A DNA stretch of 64,000 nt from Vitrella brassicaformis CCMP3155 (GCA_001179505.1 CDMY01000200.1:62001-126000); one strand, 5' to 3'. Numbered from the stretch's first letter, positions 35,069-47,611 are shown. Numbers and translations: made by a program. Notes: generated by a model not told the origin, from the sequence alone.

Positions 35069-36623
35069 ATGGCGGCCGCCGCCGCAGCAGCGGCGGGACC
35101 ATCCGATTCGTCCAAGAAGAGAAAGCACGACGGCAGCGAGCCCCAACACGAGTCTCTGGTGTTGATGTTCGATGGCGTGACGACGGGCCTCGCGCCGACC
35201 AGCACGTGTTCGCGGAAGCGGCAAACTCTTCGTCGCTGCTCGAGTGCCTGCAGTCGCTTCAGTCCCTGGCAGAGTCAGCGGCTGGGCGGGTCAAGCGGCT
35301 GGCCGCAGAGATCAACGCCACCATCCAGAAGCACGGCGGCATCCCCAGCACGGAGGTGAACCCGGACCAGGAGCCCATCCAGCTGAATGTCGGCGGGCAG
35401 GTGATGGCCATCCCTGCCCGCAGCTTCCTCCACCCCTTCATGCGGCCCACCTACATCGCCACCCTGCTGCTGCAGTTCCGCTCTCGGCTGCCGAGGGACA
35501 AGGACGGCCGGGCGTACCTGGAGGCCTCACCTGACTACATGAGATGGCTCGGCAACAAGCTGGCGCTGCTCGAGAGCCAGAGCAGCGCCAAGATCCAGGA
35601 GGAGCTTCGTGAGGAGCGTGACGAGTACCACGAGCTCTTCATGCAGCGGCTGGGGGAGAGGGGGGCGGAGGCGAAGGTGAAGGTGGAGGGCGGGGAGGCG
35701 ATGGGGATGGGCGGGCGCGGAGGGGAGGTAGAGCTTAGCGTGGAGGGGCAGGTGGACAAGATGCTGCGGTTGCTGGGGCGGCGCAATGCCGCTGTCGAGG
35801 CCCTCGAGTCGGTCAAGACGCGGCTGGCCGACTTTCTCGAGACCATGCGCCCATTCATGAGGCCCATGCATCTTGACTCCACGGAGATCGAGATTTGGAG
35901 CCTGGAGGTGATGGGGCAGGAGGTGGCCATCACGAGCCGCACCCTCTCACACTTGGGGCCCGACCGTACACTCGCCGAGCGCTTCTCGCCGTAAGCAGCA
36001 GGTACACACTTAGCAGTGCCTTGCCACGTGTTTCCATGGATGGATGCGTTTGTGTGCAGGAATCATCCGGCCGGGCGCACCGTCCTGCAGACATCAGCGG
36101 AACACTTCAGCAAGATCGTAGGTGAGTGGGTGCACTCCCAGGCAGGCAGGCAGGCAGGCAGGCAGCCAGACCGCTGAATTCCTCCTCATGTTTCGTTTGC
36201 AGATTATGCTCGTCGCGTGGCCGTGATGCCCAGCCGGATCAAGGTGCATCGGCCAGTCGTCATCCCAAGCGAGCAGGAGGCCTTTCAACACCTCTTCCAG
36301 CTCTATGGCATGGAGGGAATAGGGTCAGCCAACACGCACCCAACACACAGTCAGGGAGACGTGAAGAGGGTCCCGTGTGTTTGCTGTGTAGGTTGATGTA
36401 CCAGATATTCGTCACCTCGGGCAACTTCGCCGGCTTCGGCGCCACGACCATCACAGTGAATGAGCACATGACGGTCGAGAAGGTCAAGACCATCGTCTAC
36501 TCCAAGTGGGGCATTATGGCGCGATACCTCAGGTGTGTCGGCGGCAGATGTCTCATGGACGACGACGCAACAATGGCTCACTGCCAGGTGTGGAAGGAAA
36601 GCACCGTAAAGGTGTATCTGTAG
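35069..36623 (+). CDS. Tandem KCTD-type BTB/T1 domains plus a C-terminal ubiquitin-like domain (no diglycine)
   Basis: EPIQLNVGGQVMAI...LPRDKDGRAYLEASPDYMRWL (BTB1); SLEVMGQEVAITSRTL...HFSKIVDYAR (BTB2); YQIFVTSG...TVEKVKTIV...DDDATMAHCQVWKESTVKVYL* (Ubl). The 5' end needs a 44-nt intron or a frameshift near 35160-35205. Confidence 0.7.
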
Positions 36624-36811
36624 CCACCCTTGGCGAGGAGAGGAGAGAGGGGAGAGGGGGAGGGACCGGAGGGACGGGAGGGTGAATTCGCATGACTGCT
36701 GCATTGCATGCATGTGTCCATATGTATGTATGACATGCATGATGGTTCTGTATACGAACAGCCATGGTTCTATATAACGGAATGCCATCAAACTCGTCGT
36801 TGATGGACTGT

Positions 36812-37166
36812 TGATGACTGGGTCCGGAAGGGTGGGTGGTCATGCGCCCCTCACAGAGATAGAAGGGGCGGGGTGGGGCGGGGCTGTGTGTGTGTGGGCG
36901 GCAGCGAAGAGAGATAGACAGCGGCCCCTTTTCCATTTCAGCTGGTGTTCCAGTGACTGAGCAAGAGGGGATTCGAGTGAGTGGGGGGCTGGGTACTCAG
37001 CCCCCCACTCAGGGGTTGGATGGACTGCTGATGGATAGACGGACGGGCAGACACACTGCACTGATCACACAGGGGGCCTGGTGGGGAGACAGACGGGAAC
37101 AGTGAATAGCAGTGAATTCAAAGTGGGGATTGTTGTCAGGAACAGGATATACCAACCACTTGTCCA
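36812..37166 (+). repeat. Direct repeat, copy 1 (about 350 bp, contains small exons)
   Basis: TGATGACTGGGTCCGGAAGG...CAGCTGGTGTTCCAGTGACTGAGCAA...CAGGATATACCAACCACTTGTCCA recurs at 38479-38852. Confidence 0.9.
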
Positions 37167-37647
37167 CTGGGAGGGTGGCAGGGAGCCCAACCACTGGCCG
37201 AGGGACGACCTGCGGCTGCACATGTGGGAGAACGACGGGGCATGGTGAGTGAGTGGGGGTGGAAGGGCTGGCAGGGATGGCATGGCAGGGAGGAGGCGAA
37301 CAGACAGCGGGCATGTCCTTGTGTGTGTGGTGTGTGGTGTGTGCAGGATGTCTGCTGCTAACGAGATGTGTTATGTGTCGGAGCCAGAGCCTGACACCAC
37401 TGTGCGGGTGCACCAACACCGACACACAGACACACATGGACGCACACAGAGAGACATATGTCATGTCTTTCGTGTCTCGTGCCTCATGTCCCGTTCGTTC
37501 AGCGTGGGAGTGGAGGCCGCTTCTTCTCGCACAGGATATGCTACCACCGCCGATCCTTCATGCACCACGTACGGGCCACCAGCATCGAAATGCCCAAAGG
37601 ATCATCTGTCTGTCTGTCTGTTGACTGATGGATGGCCATGAGTGCAG

Positions 37648-38402
37648 GCCGTGAGTGCTGATCTGGACGATGCCGTGGCCCATTTCCTTGGGGACGTGCG
37701 CAAGCTCGAGTGCCGGTCCAGGTTGACAGACCTGCCGCCCAGCAGACCCTCCACACCCACAGTAACTAAACCACCACAAGAAAGCCCCGACACGTTCATC
37801 CGTCTCTGTATTTTTTTCTTTCTTCTGTCGTAGTCTGAGGGTGCCTCCTCATCTGCATCAGCGTCAGCAGCGGCAGTGTCTGCGAGGGATCGGCGTGTGG
37901 CCCTGACTGGCCTGCGCGAGGTGTCCCGTGCCCTAGCCATGGGGCGGCTCAAGGTCATTCTGGTGGCACCGAACATCGAAGAAATCACCAGCCTAGGTCA
38001 GTCAAGGGGGTAAAGGGGACCACATGGTGCGCAAGAGTGTGCATTGATCATGTACAGGCGGGCTGGAGGACCGTGTCAAGTGTCTGATGATGGGGGCCGC
38101 TAAGAAGGAGGTGCCTGTCATATTCGCACTCAGCAGGTAGAAGGGCGAGAGGATCACGCACACACACACACACCGTGCTGTTTGTGTTGTGCTGCTGACA
38201 GGGCCCAGCTGGGTCGTGCGCTAGGGAAGAACATGAGGGTGAGCCTCGTGGGAGTGCAATCCATCCACAGGTGTGCAGACACGTACAAACAGGTGACTGA
38301 CTGACACGAAAGAGAGAGACACGGAGACGCTTGTTGACATGCGACACCCTGAGTGAGTGAGTCGGTTTGCAGATGATAGATACGTGGCTGCAGCACAAGT
38401 GA
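37648..38402 (+). CDS. SECISBP2: SECIS-binding protein 2-like L7Ae domain (C-terminal part; 5' end unclear)
   Basis: Spliced AVSADLDDAVAHFLGDVRKLEC|...RRVALTGLREVSRAL...KVILVAPNIEEITSLG|GLEDRVKCL...EVPVIFALSR|AQLGRALGKNMRVSLVGV...MIDTWLQHK*. This follows the SBP2 signature (GLREV...PNxE...GGLD...FAL.R..LG). Confidence 0.8.
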
Positions 38403-38478
38403 GGTGAGCGGCACTCAAGACTGATCTCTCTCTCTCTCTGCGCTGTAAACAAAACAAGACGCCAAGCGACGATGCGTG

Positions 38479-38852
38479 TGATGACTGGGTCCGGAAGGGT
38501 GGGTGGTCATGCCCCTCACAAAGATAGATAGATAGAGGGGGCGGCGGGTCGGGGTGGGGCGGGGCTGTGTGTGTGGGCGGCAGCAAAGAAGACGAGATAT
38601 AGATAGCGGCCCTTTCCATTTCAGCTGGTGTTCCAGTGACTGAGCAACAGGGGAGTCGAGTGGGTGAGTGGGTACATTGAGGGATTGAGGGGTTGATGGA
38701 CTGCTGATGGATAGACGGACAGACAGACAGACAGACAGACACACTGCACTGATCACACGGGGGTCATGGTGGGGCGGGAGACAGACGGGAAGAGTGAATT
38801 CAATTCAAAGTGGGGATGTTCTCAGGAACAGGATATACCAACCACTTGTCCA
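38479..38852 (+). repeat. Direct repeat, copy 2
   Basis: Collinear with 36812-37166; breaks off at ...ACTTGTCCA into (CA)n. Confidence 0.9.
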
Positions 38853-39027
38853 CACACGCACACACACACACACACGCACGCACACACGCGTGACACAATC
38901 CATTCACACAAGGACAAAACACAACAGGGCGGGCCGACAGCCGACAGATAACGATCTATCCATCCAACACTCTATGCCCCCCTACCTGCCTGCCTGCCTG
39001 CCACCCAAACCTGTCCATGTGTGCATC

Positions 39028-41344
39028 TCAGGTCATCCCCAGCCGTCTGAATGTCTCCCTGCCGTCCCGGCCCTTGTCGACCCACCCCACCGCCCCCCAC
39101 TCGACGGCAGGCACATCCGTCGTGAAGCCGTTGTCGATCTCCCCCACCAGCCCCCACTTGGCGGCCTCGTCCAGGATGGCCCGCTGCACCACCTCACGCA
39201 ACTCCATCTTGCGGCCACCCACACCGCCCACCACAAAGCACTGCAGCTGCGGCACCGTCACCTTGAGTCGCTTGTCGCCCTGCTGCTCATACCTCGTTCC
39301 GCCCACCACCTCCCTGTTGCTGCTGGCCTGGTACACTGCCGACTTGACAAAGTGCTCCGCTGCCGCACACACACGGCGGGCCATGTCGCTGTGCCGCACA
39401 CGGATGGCCTCACTGATGGCCTTCTGGGCGGCATCCATGTCGAAGAGGTATGACGCGATGCGCCAGCCGAAGATGGCGGCCTCCTGCGGGCCGACGGCCA
39501 GCCGGGGGGTCAGGAGGGCCGCGAGGGAGCGGTGGGGGGCGAGGGCGGCGTTGACGGCCGACATGACGGGGGGACCGAGCTCGTTGAGCACCGTGGCGTA
39601 CTCGGTCAGCACCAGCCGGCGGTGGCGGCGGTCCCTGTGTGTGGCACTGGGGATGCTGCTGATGTCGCCTCCCACCCGCAGCAGCGAATGGATGATCCGC
39701 TTGTACTTGTCACTCTCGGCGCGACACTCCTCCCTGATGGCCCAACCACTGTAGTCATCAAGCTCTCTGGCAGCCCAGGCGAGGGGCGTCTCGCCGCGGC
39801 TGTCCCGTCTGTTGATGTCGTCAGCGGCGGGCAGCTTGCGGCAGAGGTAGCCGGCCACCTTGGGAGAGCCATACCATGCCGCGTAGTGCAGTGGCGTCCA
39901 TTCACCGCCGTCGTCTGCCGTCATGTCGGCCCCGTTCGCCGTGGTGAGATCCAGGTAGCTGTCGATGAAGGACTGGGGGTAGTGGCCCAGTGCGTTGATG
40001 GCTGCCGTGTCCACCAGGCTGTTGCCGTTGTCGTCTCGTTCGGTGGCGAGGGTGTGGTCTCGTTGGATGAGTTGCTCATACATCGACATGAGCCGCTGCA
40101 GATACTCGGGGGGAGGCTGACGCAGGGGACGGGACAGCTCCATCACCATGTATGGGCCTGGTGGGCGCAGGTCGATTCCGGGCCGCTCTATCAGCAGCTC
40201 GAAGGCCTTCTGATTGCCGCATGCAATCGCCAAGTGGACGGGCGTCTGTTCGGTCTCGTCGGCTGCCGCATTGGGGTTGGCTGCTCCGTCGAGGAGTGTG
40301 GTGAGGACGGCCGACTGCAGCTCGTCAGACGACCAGTGGGGCAGGGCGACGGGACGGCGATCATCATTGTCGCCTTGGGCTAGGATGGTCTCGGCGGTGT
40401 AGTCCGACTTGTTGTCAATGGCGAGGGACAACAGGGGGTAGCCGTAGACAGCACCACTGCCCCTGCCCAGCCAGGGGATGATATCCGGGTCGGCGCCCTG
40501 CTTGATGAGGTCGGTCGCGTGCTGGGGGCTGGTGATGGTGCGGCCGATGACGCCCAATGCCAGCTGCCTGGTGGCCTCGTTGGTGCCGCGGGGGAAGCGG
40601 GCCTCGAGCTCATCGGGTCTCCAACAGCCGTCAGGAACAGTCACGCCAGAGGCCGCCACTATTGGATGGCCTGCAACACACACACAGCCACCACACGACA
40701 CACACAGTGAAGGAATGTGTGTGCGGATCACATTCCTTCCCGTCTGTCTGTCTGTCTCTTTGGCGTACCGTCCTCCTCATAGCCGCCGCCGTCGCCCAGC
40801 CCACCGTCGTCATCACTGTCGTCCTGCACACCGTCCTGCCACAACAAAGAGAAAAGAGTGAGGAAAACTGCTGACGCTCGTCGGATGGGGCGGCTGGTGC
40901 TGTCAATGAGTGACTTACCGATTCGGATTCGCTATCAGCTGCCGCCTGTGGACCTTCTTCCTCCTCCGCCATCTCGCCGTCCTCCTCCTCGGCCATCTCG
41001 CCGTCCTCCTCCTCTCGCAACAAATCTGAAACGAAGACATACTAACACATTCGTCAGCAAAGCGAAAATGAGTGTGCCACTGGTGTGTTGATCAGTCTGT
41101 GTGGCGTGCTGTTGACTCACCACTGGCAGCGTCATTGTCGTCTTGCCCGTCTGGCTGCCCGCCGCCATTGTTATCCTCCTCAGCCACATCGTCTGCACAC
41201 ACCATCGAAGACACACACACACGTGTGGCGCTGATGCTGTGTGTTTGATGTGTCACATTCATCTGTGTGTGGCGTACCCGCATCGCCATCGTCACCGTCC
41301 GCCACGGCAGCGGAGGCCATGTGGCTGTCGTGACCGTCGGACAT
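39028..41344 (-). CDS. Ankyrin-repeat family paralog A4 (apparently intact)
   Basis: Micro-exons from ATG 41344. The large exon is uninterrupted in ORF 39028-40731, with TPVHLAIACGN, WTPLHYAAWYGSPKVAGYL and ETPLAWAA. Confidence 0.85.
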
Positions 41345-41764
41345 CTCACTAAAACAGACACCAACAGCTGCACCGACCACACACACACAGAGGCGACAAG
41401 AGATGGGCAGACACCTGCTGCATGTGTCGTGTGTGTGCTCGCCCACCTAGCTATGAGTCAAATGGTACAAAGGCGCTCAATGAGTCCGCCCCGTCACCAA
41501 GGCCGACCTGCACAACACGACACCGACACACAAAGGCTGCAACTCACCTGACGACTACTGGTGAACGAATCGCATGAGCGCGTACCGTCGGATGCCCAAT
41601 CACACACGCAGATACACCAGCTACTAGGGTCAGCTAGGGTTTGGGGTTCTGGGTTTTCTAACCCTTAAACCCCGCGGCTCGCCAAGCTGCCCTGCTTAAC
41701 GTAGAATTCCCACCAGCGTTGTCATCGCACGGCTTGAGTGAGTGTTCACTCTGCTCTGTTGACC

Positions 41765-44028
41765 ATGCCGCGTGCTGAGGCGGGGACGCCCAAATGGTTG
41801 GCCAACAAGATGAAGGCCAAGGGCCTTCAGAAGCTCCGCTGGTACTGCCAGATGTGCCAGAAGCAATGCCGAGACGAAAACGGATTCAAGGTGGGAAGGG
41901 GAAGTGCACACGCAGCCACGCAACGAGTGTCGACGACTGTCCTGTCCCTCTTCCTGTGTGTGTGGTCGTGTTCAGTGTCATCGCATGTCGGAGGGCCACC
42001 AGCGTATGATGCAGACGTTCATCCAGTCGCCCGGCAAGTTCCTCGACGCCTTCTCCCGCGAATTCGAGGAGGGCTTCATGAAGCTCATGCGCACCAAGTC
42101 AGCGACGAGATGTCCCTACACTCACGCATCAACACGGGACCAAAGGCATCTGTTGTGTCGTCTCTGTGTGTCGTGTGTGGCGCTGCAGGTACTCCCGGCA
42201 GCGTGTGCTTGCCAACACGGTGTACTGCGAGTTCATCTCTGATAAGAACCACATCCACATGAACTCCACTATATGGGTCACCCTCTCGGGGTTCTGTCAG
42301 GTAGGATAGGAACACCCCAAACCACACACTACACTACACGACGAGAAGCGAGCACATCTGGAGACCATAGCGCCTTTCTGCCTGTGTGTGTGTGTGTGTG
42401 ATGCAGTATTTGGGCCGCACGGGCAAGTGCAAGATTGACCACACGGAGAAGGGCTGGTACGTCGAATACATCGACCAGGAAAAAATCAAGAGAGAGGTGC
42501 GCACACACACTCTCTGCCAAGGGACACGACACGCCGCCGAACAGCCATTCAGCCATTCATTCTCTATGTGTGTGTTGTGGTGTGTCATCTTTCACAGCAA
42601 GAGTTGGAGGCCAAGCGTGCTTACGAGTTGACTGAGGAGGAGCGCCAGAAGGCCGAGATCGCCGAACGGGTCGAGAAGGCACAGGCCGCCGGGCTGTACA
42701 GGGAAGCGGTAGGGCACCGCAGCCACAGCCACCACCCCCCAGCACACCGTTCACGCGTCGTGTGCTGTACCTGGTTGTTGTTCAGGAGTACACAGAGCTG
42801 ATGCGGGAGGATCCCGACGAGAAGATCGCCTTCAAGGTGAGCTGAGGCTGAGTGTAGCGGACCATACTTGTCTGTCGGTCGACAGTGCTCACACACGGTC
42901 CTTGTTCGTTCATCAGATGCCCGAGGTGCGTCTCAAGGCCGAGAAGACAGAGGAGGGGGAGGAAGGCGCCCCCGGCCCCTCCAAGCCCAGGAACCTCTTT
43001 GCCGAGCTCGCCAAGCAGAGACGCGCAGAGAAGGCGCAGAACAACGGGACGGTGGGGGCCAGTAGCAATGCCAATGGCCATGGGGAGGGGATTGTGGACG
43101 TTAGCGGGCCCGACGCGTCCGCATCTGCATCCGCATCGGCCTCGTTTAGCGGTCAGCTGGATAGGAGGGCCGATGAGAAGGACAAACGGAAGGTGAGAAG
43201 AGGGAGGGAGGATTCAAGTGAGAGGAGAGGACGCGATCTGAATCTCACCTCACACTGTCTGTGTGTGTGTGCGTGTGTGTGATGCAGTTGTCGGCGTTGG
43301 AGCGTCTGCGTTTGGAAAACGAGGAGCGGAAGCTCAAGAAGGTCAAGACAGAGACCAACAGCACACCCACACCTGCACCTGCTCCCGCATCCGCTGTCAA
43401 GCAGGAAGACGTAGAAGAGGAGACGTAAGGGCACAACAGCAGAAACCGGCTACAAGCATGCAGCCATGCTCATGGCACGTGTGTGTATCTGTGTGTGTCA
43501 GTTGGTTGAGTGAGGGTCTGGTTGTCAAGGTGGTGCTCAAGGACTTGGCGGGCGGCAAGTACTACAAGAAGAAGGGCAAAGTCACCAATGTCCCCAAGCC
43601 GTAAGCCCAATCAATCCCCCACAGCATGACGTACCTACCGCACATATACGTCGACGGCTCACCTACACCCCCTGTGTGTGGCACTGCTCAGCTTCACGGG
43701 CGACATCCGCATGCTCGACTCTGGCGACGTCCTCCGCCTCGACGAGACCCACCTCGAGACCGTCATACCGGTACAAACACACAGCCCGCACCCACACAGA
43801 CCGACCCGACTCCTCGCGAAATCGATCGCCCTTGTGTTGTGTTGCTCGCTGCGTGTGTGTCAGAATGTTGGTGGGCGCGTGCGCATCGTCAAGGGTGTGC
43901 ACAGGGGCGAGGAGGGTGTGCTCAAGGCCGTCCACCTGGAGCAGTTTTGCGCGACGGTCGAGACGGCCGCCGGGGTGCGGGAGGGCATGCAGTACGAACA
44001 GGTCTGCAAACTCATGGCCGACGAGTAG
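41765..44028 (+). CDS. KIN17: KIN17 DNA/RNA-binding protein
   Basis: MPRAEAGTPKWLANKMKAKGLQKLRWYCQMCQKQCRDENGFK|CHRMSEGHQR zinc finger; HIHMNST; YLGRTGKCKID..KGWY; C-terminal KOW region RLDETHLETVIP...YEQVCKL. Confidence 0.95.
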
Positions 44029-44778
44029 CGAGGGAAGGGGAGCTGGCTGGTTCGTTGGGGCGTCGGTAGGGAAAGGGAATTTTTCCTCTCTCACTTGCTT
44101 GTGAATGTGTGTGTCCACCGTACGTGGATTGTGAAGTGTGCATATGACTGCCTGACGATGACCGATTGGTTCGATTCAATTGGTTCGTGTCGTGGATGCA
44201 GTGAGTGCATCTCTCCTTATACACTGTACATGATCAATCAAGTGATCCATCAAACGCTATGATCGCGTGACAGCCCCAAAACCTTCTTGCATCTGGAGTG
44301 AATTACGTTTGTGTCTCTTTGCTCTAACCCACAAACGGGGAGGGGACGCCGCTTCCTCTCGTCCTCCATGCTCTTTCTGCGTGAGCGGGTGTCACAACCA
44401 CCAGCACTGGACAGACAAGTCCATTCATTCATTCATCGCTGTTGACGTTCCTCGTCGGACGGCAGCTGCTGGCGGCAGTGAACTGGCCTACCCTGTCTGA
44501 CGAGCGAATTGATCATTGTGAGGCTTAACAGCGTTCACCGACGGTGAGTGCGACGCAATTGGCTCACCACGAGTCACAATGTGGCTTTGCGGCCTTTGTG
44601 TGTCGGTGTGGTGTTCGGCCTTGGTGACGGGGCGGACTTATTGGGCGCCTTTGTACCATTTGACTCATAGCTAGGTGGGCGAGCACACACACGACACATG
44701 CAGCAGGTGTCTGCCCATCTCTTGTCGCCTCTCTGTGTGTGTGTGGTCGGTGCAGCTGTTGGTGTCTGTTTTAGTGAG

Positions 44779-47162
44779 ATGTCTGAGTGTCACGACAGCC
44801 ACATGGCCTCGGCTGCCATGGCGGACGGTGACGGTGGCGATGCGGGTACGCCACACACAGATGAATGTGACACATCAAACACACAGCATCAGCGCCACAC
44901 GTGTGTGTGTGTCTTCGATGGTGTGCAGACGATGTGGCTGAGGAGGACAACAATGGCGGCGGGCAGCCAGACGGCCAAGACGACAATGACGCTGACAGTG
45001 GTGAGTCAACAGCACGCCACACAGACTGATCAGCACACCAGCAGCACAATCATGTTCGCGTTGTTGACGAATGTGTTGAAATGTCTTCGTTTCAGATTTG
45101 TCGCGAGAGGAGGACGGCGAGATGGCGGAGGAGGAGGGAGAAGGTCCACAGGCGGCAGCTGATAGCGAATCCGAATCGGTGAGTCACTCATTGACAGCAC
45201 CAACCGCCCCATGCGACGAGCGTCAGCAGTCTTTCTCACTCTTTCTCTTTGTTGTGGCAGGACGGTGTACAGGACGACAGTGATGACGACGGTGGGCCAC
45301 TGGGCGACGACATGGCTGACGACGACAACGACGGCATCGATGACGACGACTATAACGACGACGAAGCCGACCCCTATGAGGACGACGACGGCTATGAGGA
45401 GGACGGTACACCAGACAGACAGACAGTCAGACGCGAGAGGATGTGATCCTCACACACATTCCTTCACTGTGTGTGCCGTGTGGTGGCTGTGTGTGTGTGT
45501 TGCAGGCCATCCTGTGCTGGCGGCCACCACGGTTGAGGTGCCTGACGGCTGTGTGGGAGCCAACGACATCGAGGCTCGATTCCCCCTGGGCACCAACGAG
45601 GTCACCAAGCAGCTGGCATTGGGCGTCATCGGCCGTACCATCACCAGCCCCCAGCACGTGACCGACCTCATCGAGCAGGGTGCCGACCCCCATGTGGAGC
45701 CTCGACTGCGGCAGAAGGGCAGCGAGTGGGCTGGCGTTCCCTACTCGCTGGTCCATCTCGCCATCGACAACAGGTCGGGCTACACCGTCCCGACCATCGA
45801 CGCCGAAGACAATGATGATTGCCATTGCCGTCCCGTCGCCCTGCCACAGTGGTCGTCTGACGAGCTGCAGGCGGCCGTCCTGACCGCACTCCTCGACGGA
45901 GGAGCCGACCCCAATGCGGCAGCCGATCGGACCGGGGAGACGCCCCTCCGACTGGCGATTGCATCCGGCAATAAGACGGCATTCGAGCCGCTGATGGGTC
46001 GTCAAGACGTCGACCTGCACGCACAAGTCTTAGACGGCGCAGCAATGGTGATGGAGCTGCCGGTCCCCCTGCGTGACCCTCCTACTAACTTCCAAGAGGT
46101 GCTGCTGTCGATGTATCGTCAGCTCATCGAACGATACCCCACCATCGCTGCCGAACGACGCTTCGATGAAATGTGCACCTGGCAGCCATACAAGCGGAAG
46201 GGCGCTATCCCCAGCCCTTCATCGACAGCTACCTGGATCTCATCACGGCGAACGGGGCGGACATGACGGCAGCCGACGGCAACGGATGGACGCCACTGCA
46301 CCGGGCGGCAGGGTTTGGCTCCCCCCACGTGGCCGACTACCTCTGCCGCAAGCTGCCCGCTGACCAGATCAACAGACGGGACAACTACGGCGACATGCCC
46401 CTCGCCACAGCTGCCAGCAGCCTCGATATGCACACCCAAGAGCTGCAGAACCCGAACACACCCGAGCACATCAGGGAGCGGTATCGCGCCACGATTCCCA
46501 ACCACAAGCTGACCATCCGCAGCGTGCTGCGGGCGGGGGCCGACATCAGCACCATCCCCACAGCCACAGAGGGGGACTACCGTGGCCGCCAGCTGGTGCT
46601 GACCGAGTATGCCGGAGTGCTCAACGAGCTGCCCGCTGCCGTCATGGCGGCCGTCAACGCCGCCCTCGCCCCCCACCGCTCCCTCGCGGCCCTCCTGACC
46701 CCCCGGCTGGCCGTCGGCCCGCAGGAGGCCGCCATCTTCGGCTGGCGCATCGCGTCATACCTCTTCGACATGGATGCCGCCCAGGAGGCCATCAGTGAGG
46801 AGGCCGTCGGTGTGCGGCACAGCGACACGGCAGGGCGTGTGTGTGCGGCAGCCGAGCACTTTGTCAAGTCGGCAGTGTACCAGGCCAGCAGCAACAGGGA
46901 GGTGGTGGGCGGGACGAGGTATGAGCAGCAGAGCGACAAGCGGCTCAAGGTGACGGTGCCGCAGCTGCAGTGCTTTGTGGTGGGCGGTGTGGGTGGCCGC
47001 AAGATGGAGTTGCGTGAGGTGGTGCAGCGGGCCATCCTGGACGAGGCCGCAAAGTGGGGGCTGGTGGGGGACATCGACAACGGCTTCAGCAAGGATGTGG
47101 CTGCGGTGATGTGGGGGGCGGTGGGGTGGGTCGACAAGGGGCGGGACGGGAGGCAGACATAG
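44779..47162 (+). pseudogene. Ankyrin-repeat family paralog A5, inverted orientation, frameshift near 46165
   Basis: ORF 45211-46266 leaves frame at AERRFDEMC; ORF 46173-47162 resumes HLAAIQAEGRY. There is a short deletion relative to A2 (ERDVWGKNLVHRAAIQ). Confidence 0.8.
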
Positions 47163-47611
47163 ACAGCTAAGGATGACATGAGACAGGCAAACAGATAGAT
47201 GAGGGCGGGCAGGCTGAGAGATTTCGATGTGTGTATGCGTGGCTGTTGCTCTTTGATCGATTGCTTCTGCTTCCTGCCTGCCGGTCCCTGATGTGTGTCA
47301 CCGGTGTATCAGGGAGGCAGACAGGCAGATGGGATGGGTGGAGAGATGTCATTGCTTACCTGCTGCCTGCATTTTTATCCTGACGTGTTGGTCTTGCATG
47401 TCGCTTCGTCCTTGCCCGTGAGTAAGTGCGGGAGACACGAAGCAAGCAGAGACTTGATGTATTGTCCCTTAAACTTCTTTGTATTCAAACGCACACCAAT
47501 GTCAATCAGACATCACACGCGCTCTTCCTGTCTAGGAGGCCCAAGAAGCACAAATCTTCATCATTTTGGGCCCACTCACACATAGCTACTTCAACAACAC
47601 TAAGAGACATA

